Origin: Octopus sinensis
Lineage: Eukaryota
Assembly: GCF_006345805.1 (NCBI RefSeq)
Contig: NC_043004.1
Span: 55,366,001-55,430,000 of the forward strand
Length of the DNA: 64,000 nucleotides
Direction of reading: 5' to 3'
Position 1 is the stretch's first letter. Each line of letters starts with the position of its first letter. The notes under the pieces are model-generated. The model ran no database searches. It saw only the letters and a program-made list of their open reading frames with translations, and was not told where the DNA came from. The position numbers and the translations under genes were made by a program. This document shows positions 53,055 through 64,000 of the stretch, piece after piece.

Positions 53055-53606
53055 CAGTTTTGGGGATGAATAGATATGTGGGTATTCTATTTCAGATAAT
53101 ACAAAAAAACCCCCAAAAACAACAACAACAACAACCTAATGAGTATATCTGAAAGTAAACTCATGAGAACTTCCTATTTTCAACTGCTGACTGTCAACTA
53201 CCGACAGTTTACACGGTTTCTTTATTTTATTGAAATGCGATAGTCCACTTTCAGTCCTGTGGAGGTGGTCAGGATCCTAGCACGAAGTCAGGGCGGTATT
53301 ATCCGTACAACTCAAAGTAAGGTGAATAACATCAAAATAAGCAACAGGATGTCCTGTTGCATATTGTGAGATACAAGAGCTTGTAACTGAAACTGAGAAT
53401 ATAACTAATTCTGTACCTTTGTATTCTTAACTGGCACCTATTTCCGTTCTATCCTGTTTGCATATTGTGAGATATACATATGTGTGTGTGTGTGTGTGTG
53501 TGTATAAGTTAATTCAAATGAAGCAATTGTTGGATTTTTATGGTGTGATCTAAAATAAAACCACGATTTTCTTCGTACATACTTGTTGTTATATATATAT
53601 GTATAT

Positions 53607-53656
<50 letters not shown>

Positions 53657-53658
<2 letters not shown>

Positions 53659-53962
53659 GGAGTAAACACATGAATGTGAAACAAGGTGAAAAAAGAGTAC
53701 TCAAATACCAGGGGTAGAGTAATATGATGTATTTAAAAGCAGCAGAAATTCAACAAAACCTGTTACTCGGAGTTTCACATTCCCGTTCGTCGGACAGTTT
53801 TGTTAAAATAGAACCGATATGACAATTCTATCACGACTAGTATCAACACTAGTCTTGATAGAATTGTCATATCGGTACAATTTTAACAAAACTGTCCGAC
53901 GAACGGGAACGTGAAACTCCGAGTAACAGGTTTTGTTGAATCTCTGCTGCTTTTAAATAAAG
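53657..53962. repeat. Family B copy with ~110-bp hairpin arms and two hammerhead-like motifs (53760-53797 minus, 53892-53929 plus)
   Basis: CTGT CCGACGA ACG-GGAA-CGT GAAAC TCCGA GTA ACAG at 53892-53929; mirror copy on the other arm. Confidence 0.8.
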
Positions 53963-54081
53963 TATATATATATATACTACTAACAATATAGGATGAAGTC
54001 CCTTTCTCTACAGAAAAGGATTCCATCAGAAAGCGTGGCAGTATATTAAAAAAACCTTTACGGTTGAAGTATAAACATTTT

Positions 54082-54238
54082 ATAATTAAGAGCTAAAGAA
54101 GGTTATTCTAAAGCCAATACACTGATTTATCCACTTATAATCCACTTGTTACAGTTCAATTTTTCTGTAACAAGTGGATTATAAATTGATAAATCAGTGT
54201 ATTGGCTTTAGAATTAACCTTCTTTAGCCCTTAATTAT
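54082..54238. repeat. Hairpin with ~72-bp arms beside (TA)n
   Basis: ataattaagagctaaagaagg...ccacttgttacag / ctgtaacaagtgg...ccttctttagcccttaattat. Confidence 0.85.
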
Positions 54239-54252
54239 AAAATGTATATATA

Positions 54253-54299
<47 letters not shown>

Positions 54300-54689
54300 T
54301 ACACACACAAACACATACGCACATACATACATACATAATACATACATATATATATACATACATACATACTTACATGTATGTGGATAACAGAACGTTCTGG
54401 GATGGTAATAACATTGATGACGAAAGCAGTGTATCATGGACCAACAACAGCCTGCTAATTCCTACTTTGAAAGGAATGTGTTTGCCATCCGGGAACAGAA
54501 AATACCAAGTGTTATGTCTTCGGGGGCTTGAATATCTCGTCGCCATATTACCCAAATAAATATTTAGATATGGTTATTAGAATAACCTTTCGTAGAATTA
54601 ATATATTCACACAGAACGTGCTCCGTACAACGCCCAACGTAGGTACGATATTAAACTGACATAGTAATCCAATACGAACGATCAATGCT

Positions 54690-55152
54690 GTCAACTACAC
54701 GCTTCCTACTGCTGACTGTCAACTACCGACAGTTCACACAGTTTCTTAAATTTTTGAAATGCGTTAGTCCACTCTCTGGCATGTGGAGGTGGTCAGGATC
54801 CTTCCACAACACCAACCAAATACCTGATGCAGAGAAGGGACGCAGATGCAGGAAAAGCACTAAAATGTGAGAACCAATGTAGACTTTGTGGAGTTCACGC
54901 CGAAGATATCACCCACATCATAGACATCTATCTAAAATTGTTATCGCGATATTATCTACTGATGAGGCATGATGTAGTGAAGTCACTGTGTAAAGAGATA
55001 CGTCGGAAGGATAACTCCGAGGCCAAAAAAATAAGAACCCATAGTGTGGTAGCGGCCATAGCCACACATAACGCTCCAGTGAATTTTTCGGTGAAGGTTG
55101 TAGAGAAAACCTCAATTAAATGTAAACATTATAGACCTGACATAGTGATTTA
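54690..55152 (+). mobile_element. RLE-type (R4-like) endonuclease-domain fragment; related piece 53160-53330
   Basis: CRLCGVHAEDITHII, MRHDVV, YRPDIVI. Confidence 0.75.
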
Positions 55153-55373
55153 AGACTCTTTTACTCTTTTACTTGTTTCAGTCATTTGACTGCGGCCATG
55201 CTGGAGCATCGCCTTTAATCGAGCCACTCGACCCGGGACTTATTCTTTTGTAAGCCCAGTACTTATTCTATCGGTCTCTTTTGCCGAACCGCTAAGTAAC
55301 GGGGACATAAACACACCAGCATCGGTTGTCAAGCAATGCTAGAGGGACAAACACACAGACACAAACACACACA

Positions 55374-55415
<42 letters not shown>

Positions 55416-57039
55416 TACGACGGGCTTCTTTCAGTTTCCGTCTACCAAATCCACTCACAAGGCTTTGGTCGTCCCGAGGCTATAGCAGAAGACACTTGCC
55501 CAAGGTGCCAGGCAGTGGGACTGAATCCGGAACCATGTGGTTGGTAAACAAGCTACTTACCACACAGCCACTCCTGCGCCTGAGCAGACTGAGGAGCAAA
55601 ATTATGTACAGTAGTGGAAATTAGCTGCCTAACGGATGTTAACATGAGGCTAGGCGCCAGGGAAAAAAAAAGTTATTGAGCTATTGAGAAATCTGCTGCT
55701 ACTCTACCAAGATTACAAGTTCAAGCATATACCTGTCATTAACGGGACACTGGGATATTTAACACATTGTCCCGGTACCAATTTGGAGAAAAATTAAGCT
55801 TCTCAAAACCGGGAAGAAGAAATCTGATTCGAATACTATAAATCCAAGCCGTCACTAGAACTAAAAATTTATAACACTTTCCGGAAGTTTATATATATGC
55901 GCATATCTAGGCATACAAATATATGCATGAGAATAAATGCATTAAACAGAACATACAAATCTGCACATGCACTGACAAAAATATCCTAGTGATGTTGTTG
56001 AAATTCCAATGAAGGAGCCTTGGATCTTGACTAGAACCCAACTCTTTCTATATTGGCAATAAATCTTGAAATATATCGAATATTGACATACAATAAATAA
56101 ACAAATAAATAAACAAAAAATGGTTGGTCATTGCTGTTAATGTGCATACCATGCATAGAAGATATAACATGGTATATAAAAAAGGCATCGGAGGATCGAT
56201 GAGTATCCTGCGCGCAGATAAATTTTTTCGCAAATTATATTGTGGCTTACAATGTGTTGCTCACCCATGCATTTTAATTGAACTGAATTAATTATTATTT
56301 TTTTTGAAGTATCATCATTATAGATATTTGTACTCCGGTGAAATTAAGACATCAAGTCGTAAATAAACGAAACCCTCGAACACATCACTGTACACACACA
56401 CACGCACACACACACACACATACACACACATACGCACACACATACACGCACGTACGCGCACGCACACACACACGTACACTCACAATCGCATATGTATGTA
56501 TGCACACGTGTCTACGCACATAGGTACACCATGATCTATACACACACAGACGAAGATCAATTCATATAATAAAGACAGGTAACAAAATAACAAGTCCACT
56601 TGCGCATCGGGAAATTTATAAGTCCGATTTTTTAATTTAATTTAATTTAAGTTTTTTTAAAGATAATCAAACCAAATGTTCATCATTTCGAGCCACTCCC
56701 TCAATGAGTATTTTTGTCAAATGTTCAGCCATTTTCTAGTAATTTTGCAAACAGGCAAACAGACAAAGACGAGTGATTACAATATCCTGCTTCCGCTTAG
56801 GCGCACGGGGTAATAAATAACTCAACACCTAATATTTTCGCGAAATAGGATAGTATTCATATCCACTAAAATCATAAATTAAAATATATGTCTGCCCATC
56901 CAAAGACGTATATATACATACACAAAAAGTAAACAGAAGCTACTATTAATTTAGATATAAGTTCATTAATTATAAATTAAATTAAATTAATTATAAGTTA
57001 GTAAGTGCCAAATAAACAAATAAATAATTAAATAAATAA

Positions 57040-57173
<134 letters not shown>

Positions 57174-57403
57174 TATAAAGGGTAATAAATAACTCAACAC
57201 CTAATATTTTCGCGAAATAGGATAGTATTCATATCCTGAAAATTTAAATGACCTTAATTTGTGTTTCCAGCTACCATCCAATTTTCACCTAAAATCTATA
57301 GCGCAAAATAAAAGAATGTTTTTGTTAGGGTTTTCAAGTGCCCATGTTTGTACATAGGTGTACGTGTATGCGTGTGTTGTATATGTATGTGCGTAAGTAT
57401 ATA

Positions 57404-57503
<100 letters not shown>

Positions 57504-57516
57504 GTCTATCTATATA

Positions 57517-57915
57517 TCTTTATATATAAAAGTGAAGTTGTGTGTCTGTCTCCTACGATTTAGATTCCTAACTACTCCCACATTTTGCGTTGCAGTGTAA
57601 CCAAAACCGGGTATCTTATAGTCGTGGTTCATATCGAGCCCTTCTGGGTATTAGCGCGCGTCTACGATGAGTCTACGATTAAAAAACAAATTACCATCAT
57701 TTTTCCCCATTTTTAATGTATTTTCGCTCGATTTATATAAGGGAAGTAACTCTCTAAAAATGTATTATTAAATCTCAGAACGTAAAAAGCTACAGTAACA
57801 CCCCCCCCCCTTTGTGGTTAGCTATATTGAGATGGCTATTATACTTTACATCTCTAAAAATGCTTATATAGTTATTCCCCTTACAAAGCCGAGCAACACC
57901 GGGCGATACTGCTAG
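57517..57915 (+). mobile_element. Non-autonomous Helitron-like element
   Basis: 5' TC(tttatatataaaag) after A, subterminal GC-rich hairpin gccgagcaacaccgggc, 3' CTAG followed by T; no TSD. Confidence 0.7.
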
Positions 57916-58019
57916 TATATATATGTATATGTATGAGAGATAATGCTTATACAGAGAGAGAGAGAGAGAGAGAGACAGAGGGGAGTAGAGAGAGAGAGAA
58001 ACAGAGAGTATATATATAT

Positions 58020-58925
58020 AACATCATGGGTAAGGCTACATCGGACATCCCAAACATACATATTGGAGACCACAGATTACAAGAGGTGGAGAAGTTTACC
58101 TATCTGGGCTCTACCGTCACCTACAACCTATCCCTTGACGCTGAGCTCAATATACGCATTGGCAAGGCAGCTGCTGCGATGGCCCAACTCTCCAAACGGG
58201 CTTGGGACAACAATAAGCTGACCAAGACCACGAAAATGAAGATCTACCAGGCATGTGTACTTAGCACTCTACTGTATGGAAGTGAGACTTGGACGCTATA
58301 CACACGCCAAGAGCGTCGCCTAAACATCTTTCACCTGCGCTGCCTCCGGAAAATCCTCCGCATCAAATGGCAGAACCATATCCCCAACAAAGATGTCTTC
58401 AGGCAAGCAGGAATACCAAGCATGTTTGCACTCCTCACACAAAGACGTATGAGATGGCTTGGGCATGTTAGCCGTATGAAAGATGGCAGAATCCCCAAGG
58501 ACATACTCTACGGAGAGCTTGCTAGGGGTACTAGGTCTATGCGTAGACTGTTCTTACGTTACAAGGATGTTTGCAAAAGGGACATGAAGGCCTGCAACAT
58601 CAATATTAGCGGTTGGGAGGCAGTTGCCGGAAACCGTGGAGACTGGCGACGTACCGTAAAAGAGGGAATACAAATGAGTGACAGAGAGAGAGAGAGAGGA
58701 GAAATGGAAAGACAAGAAAAGACGTCAACAAGAAACTATGACATTACAACCAGCCAGGAACAGTCTTTGCTACATTTGCGGTACCTGCCAGAGGGAGTGT
58801 TTGTCCAGGATAGGACTACACAGCCACAGCAGGAAATGTATCAGGACATGAAATGTAAAAGCCGGACTAGACTACTTTATGCGCAACTCCATTGTCTCCC
58901 GAGACAAAAAGGATGCCAAAAAAAA
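58020..58925 (+). mobile_element. RTE-clade LINE, 5'-truncated
   Basis: FTYLGS, RIGKAAAAM, KMKIYQACVLSTLLYGSETW, RWLGHVSRM, LYGEL; C-terminal CGTCQRECLSRIGLHSH in a shifted frame. Confidence 0.9.
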
Positions 58926-58951
58926 AAAAAGAATATATATATATATATATA

Positions 58952-59177
58952 CTTTATTTAAAGCAGCAGAAAATTCAACATAACCTGTTACTCTGAGTTT
59001 CCCGTTGCCGTTCATCGGACAGTTTTTGCTAGCAAAACCTGTTCGATGAACGGCAACGGGAAACTCAGAGTAACAGGTTTTGTTGAATTTTCTGCTGCTT
59101 TAATAAAACATATTACTCTACCACTGGTATTTGAGTACTCTTTTTTCCACCTTGTTTCACATTTATGTGTTTACTCC

Positions 59178-59179
<2 letters not shown>
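58952..59179. repeat. Family B copy directly upstream of the Penelope ORF (probable pseudo-LTR) with hammerhead-like motifs 58985-59022 minus and 59039-59076 plus
   Basis: Same hairpin as 40471-40702; cores CCGATGA (minus) and TCGATGA (plus). Confidence 0.75.
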
Positions 59180-59223
<44 letters not shown>

Positions 59224-59317
59224 ATATTCATATATACATACATACATACATACATGCATACATACATATATATATATATATATATTATATCATATAAATG
59301 AAGAAGAAGAAGAAGAA

Positions 59318-59364
<47 letters not shown>

Positions 59365-59449
59365 AGAAGAAGAAGAAGAAGAAGAAGAAGAAGAAGAAGA
59401 AGAAGAAGAAGAAGAAGAAGAAGAAGAAGAAGAAGAAGACAAAGAGAAT

Positions 59450-62400
59450 TCTTTAACATATCTTTAATGATTCGTTACAATTGTTTCCGTACCAACTCTA
59501 TTTGCAACGCAAGTTTTCGCAAAAATTCGAAGTGGAGATTTGAACTTTTACGTAAAGTGGCGTTACAAATACCTTTTGAAGAGAAACAATTGTAGCGAAT
59601 CATTAAAGATGAGTTAAAGAATTTTCTTAGATTTCTTCGTATCATTTGGATTACTTTCTCTTCGCCAAACCGACTTTTCGTTATGATCATCATGAGAATT
59701 GGATTTTCTATACCTGAAGCCCATCCAAAATGAACCAGAAAATAAAAAAAAAAACTCAGGGAGAAACTAGCTTTCGAAAAATTCAAAACGGAAGTAGAAC
59801 TTTTGCGGCTCAGAGCCAACGCTAGTGAAGAAAAATTCAAGACCCTTGACAATGAAATGCAGATTGAAATCTCAAAACACTGTGAAGGAGCACTCCTTGA
59901 TAAAACCACCAAACTCTGGAGAAAAAACTGCGAGGATGAAGAACTAACATCCCTCCAGCGAATGGAAAAAAACAGCTGGTTCGCCAATCATGAAACAGAG
60001 TTCAAAAATGAACATCATTCAAGCAACCCATATTTTAAAATATCAACTTCAACTCACACTCCTCACCAAAAACAAAGAAAACAAATCACAAAACACCGAA
60101 CACACACCACCCCTAACATTGACAACAATAACAGAACTTACAGACAGCACTACAATCCCATCAAAAGAACCGAGACACCCATCAACACAAGACAAAACTT
60201 TACCAGACAATGTAGACCCCAACCCACACAAGAACCGGAATCGGAGATCCTACCCATCACTTAGAAAACTATCTCTGAACTATGATTGTAGATTCCAACC
60301 CAAACCGTTCCAAACTCGGAGTTCTCTCCCAACATATAAGAATTCACTTCTAAACCATGAATGTGTTTTCCAACCCACTCTAAGGAACCAACATTACACC
60401 CAGGACAAACAACCCAGACCCTGGAATATCCAAAACTCTTCCAGGAGGCCACACCAACAACCCAGACTCTGGAACAACCAAAACCTCTTCAACAGACAAC
60501 ATATCAACGGGGGAAAGAACCACACACAGCAAAATACCGCAGATAGAAGAACCCCCAGGATTCCTTTTTTAGGCAAGGGCATCAGTTTCCACGACACCAG
60601 ATGGTAGATACCAACCCCGAAAAACAAAAAATAGTGAATCTCTCTAACCTAAACCTGTCGACACCACAAATAAAAATCCTTTCAAAAGGACTAAAATTCA
60701 CCCCAAATCCGCAATACCCTAACCTGAGGGAAATACAGGATGACATCTCACACTTTTGCAGAAAATTACGCCTCACAGAGGAATTTTTTGACAAAGAAAC
60801 TAATAATGACGACGAATCAATGGTCCGTAACAAAAGCAGCTATAATCCCATAAAAGGCAAAAACAAAACCTTAGACAAATTTTGCGATTACATCTCAAAC
60901 TTCCCTTATGGTGAACTCCTACAACCTAAACCCAAACCCAACACCAGTAAAAGAGAATGGGAAATCATCCATACGCTACGAGACAATCATGACGTCACAA
61001 TAAAGGAAGCAGATAAGGGTGGTACGGTCGTTATTATGAATACTGAGCAGTATAAAAACTCTGTATCTCTCCTTTTAGAGGATACCACATACTATGAAAG
61101 AGTAGTCGACTACCAGCAATCCAAAACAATGACCAAACTGAAGGCACTCATTTACCAACACCGGAATGACTTAACAGCAAAGGAATGCGACTACATTACA
61201 ATCTTTAATTGCAAAACCAGCACACTCTATGGGCTTCCAAAAATACACAAGAGTGAAATTATCACAGAAGCTTGCAAAAAGTCCTCTTCAACCTGCATCA
61301 CTATACCACATCCCACTGATCTCAAACTGAGACCAATAGTGGCAGGCCCAAGTTGTGAAACACACAGACTTAGCAACTTTATCGATATCATCCTAAAACC
61401 AATACTGAAACACATTCCAAGTATTGTAAGAGATGACCTGGACCTATTAAATCATCTCCCCAAACATACCGATAAAGACACTTTAATCGTTTCCTTTGAT
61501 GTAATAAATCTTTACACCACAATCCCACATGAATATGGACTGGAAGCCATTAAATTCTGGCTGGATAAATATCCCAATGAGATCCCAGAAAGAATAAAAA
61601 AAGAATTCATCATTGAGGACCTCAAATTTATTCTGCAAAACAACTTCATGAATTTCAATAATAACACTTACAGACAGGTTTCAGGAACTGCAATGGGTAC
61701 GAAAGTTGCCCCTACCTATGCAAACCTGGTGATGGCCTACCTGGAATCACATATTTATGAAAAATCCAAATATAAGTACGGCCAGTCTTTCCACAAATAC
61801 CTGTTGGAGAACTCGAAACGCTACTTAGATGATTGCCTCATCCTATGGTCCCACACACTCGACCAACTTATTGACTTCAAAAACCTTATCAACAGTGTAA
61901 ATAACCACATTCAATTCACAATGGAATATAGTCAGGACCAACTCCCTTTTCTTGACATTTTAATCATTAAAAAAGGCGTCAACATTGAAACTGACATCCA
62001 TTACAAACCCACTGACTCTAAACAATACATTCTATTCACTTCCAATCACCCAAAACACACAAAGATAAATATCCCCTTCAACTTAGCGAGAAGAATCTGC
62101 ACAATTGTCTCAAATGACACAACACGAAATAGAAGACTCCGGGAACTAAGCGCAATTCTTCTCGAAAGACATTACCCGGCATCACTAGTAGACAACGGAA
62201 TAGAACGGGCCAAATCAATTAACATTCAAGACTTACGAAAACCTAAACACATCCACAGTACAGTAAATAGCCTCCCCTATCTCTCAATACACAACCCAAG
62301 AAATGCAGAAGCTTACACTATTATATACAACAACATTCCACAGCTAAATCAAGACCCACGCCTAAAAAAATTACTTGCAGCTCATAAAATAATAAAAAGT

Positions 62401-62876
62401 AAGAGACAACCTAAATCCCTAAAAAAACCCTCACCAACGCAAAATTACACAACACAAACCCACCGCCCACCGTCAAAAAATGTGGTCGTCCCAACTGCAG
62501 GACTTGCATCCACCTCATTGAGGGATCGACGTACAAGTTCCGGTCGGGACACACATTCATCATAAAAAATAATTTCACGTGCGCATCAAAAAATTTACTC
62601 TACATCATAAGGTGTGAAGGGTGCCACGAAGACTACATAGGGCAAACGAGCCTTACCCTCAGAGAAAGAATGACAGTTCACCGCCAACAACTGAGGGACC
62701 CCTCCACAAGACAGATACTACTAAGTGGACATTTAGACCTCTGTGCACACAATAAGTCCCCCAAATTCTTAGTCTTCCCACTATACCAATGCCCGGACAA
62801 CACCACAGACCAAACACGAATAAATAGGGAAAATAATCTTATTCAAAAATACAGACCTCAACTAAACATATTCTAA
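59450..62876 (+). mobile_element. Near-intact Neptune-type Penelope-like retroelement (RT 60601-62565, Cys linker and GIY-YIG to 62876)
   Basis: YGLPKIHK, LRPIVAGP, SFDVINLYT, GTAMGTKVAPTYANL, RYLDDC, LPFLDI. After a 1-nt shift at the A7 run 62421-62427: CGRPNCRTC...FTCASKNLLYIIRCEGCHEDYIGQT...RMTVH...RENNLIQKYRPQLN. Confidence 0.93.
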
Positions 62877-63537
62877 CATACCCCCCAGGCACACATCCAA
62901 AACAAACACACAAAGACACACGCACACTCGCACCGTATCATGCAAACAAACACATACACGCATCAGCACACATGCAGCACACTAGCAGACATTGACCACA
63001 CACATACACAACGCGCACACGCATACATTATATATATGTACGTTATGTATGTATGTTATGTATGTATGTATATGTTATGTATGTGTTTATGTGTGCGTTG
63101 TGTGTGTGTATGTGTGTATATGTGCATGCATTATGTGTATGTGTGTATTTATATGTGTATATATGTTATATATATGTATATATATGTGTATTGTATATAT
63201 ATATATGTGTATGCATTGTATATGTGTATATGTGAATGCATTGTGTGTGTTTGTGTGTGGTATGTATATGTATATGTATGTGTACGTTATATGTATGTGT
63301 ATTATGTATGTGTGTGTGCATTATATATATTTATATATATATATGCATTATATGTATGTGCATTGTGTATATGTATATTATATGTATGTATGTTGTATAT
63401 GTATGTGTACATTATGTGTATATGTATGTGTATATATGCATTGTATATATGTATATTGTATGTGTGTTGTATATATATGTATACATGTATACATATATAT
63501 GGTATGCAGATGGTATGCAGATGTATATGGTATGCAG

Positions 63538-64000
63538 ACGGAAACCCAACAGGTGGCCAGCTTCACCCAGATGTGAGAAGGGCGGCAGCTGAACAGCAAT
63601 CTTTTTTGTGCATGGCACAAAAAATTGTTCAGCAGCTGACCTGGCTACAAGCACAAAGCTGGAACTACCACCACATAAGGCCACCTCCAACAGATGCAGG
63701 ATGGCCACCACAGACACCAACACCAACACACACACCACAAAAATATTTCTACTGAATGTAGGAGGGCTGCTGCGCGGAAACTGTAAAAAGAAAATTTCTT
63801 TCCTGAGAGACCTTGTGACATGCAATCAAGCTATATGCATGGCACTCACTGAAACGCATCTTGAACCCGATATAGGTGATGCAGAAATACACATGCCGCA
63901 ATATGCAGTCATACGCACAGATAGAAAAGGGAGGAGCCATGGTGGAGTTGCAATGTACATCCGAGATGACCTCACGCCCCAGGTCCTGCTGTCATATTCA
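63538..64000 (+). mobile_element. 5' part of a CR1-like LINE: ORF1 tail and AP-endonuclease start of ORF2 (runs off window end)
   Basis: Manual translation from ~63740: KIFLLNVGGLL...MALTETHLEPDIGDAEIHMPQYAVIRTDRKGRSHGGVAMYIRDDL, open to the window end. Confidence 0.85.

Noticed and set aside
59475-60627. Overlapping ORFs on both strands upstream of the Penelope RT as separate genes
   Set aside because: The plus-strand pieces look like the frameshifted N-terminal extension of the PLE ORF; the minus-strand ones are antisense shadows.

Overview
AT-rich, microsatellite-dense animal genomic DNA. The SINE, Penelope and R4-type repeat landscape resembles cephalopod (Octopus-like) DNA; this is pattern recognition, not a database result. 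One host gene could be reconstructed by hand on the minus strand from four coding exons (32249-32801, 29329-29496, 24222-24365, 7852-8219; all introns GT-AG, phase 1). They splice to a 410-aa protein: signal peptide, 4 EGF-like repeats, transmembrane helix, TIR domain. The TM exon is missing from the ORF track. The rest is mostly mobile DNA: Penelope-like elements (one nearly intact, Neptune-type), a 13-kb pile of R4/Dong-type retrotransposons in (TAA)n tracts inside the last intron, a mariner split by a CR1/L2-type LINE, RTE fragments, tRNA-derived SINEs and a small Helitron. The most striking unannotated signal is RNA-level: at least 18 type I hammerhead-ribozyme-like motifs in five repeat families. 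Nine of them lie in a 5.0-kb tandem array of a ~545-bp unit (35361-40360) that flips orientation at 37174, resembling a retrozyme/ribozyme satellite. Three families share a non-canonical CCGANGA core. All ribozyme calls come from manual base-pairing; no activity is demonstrated. Most short ORFs in the track are microsatellite or repeat artefacts.
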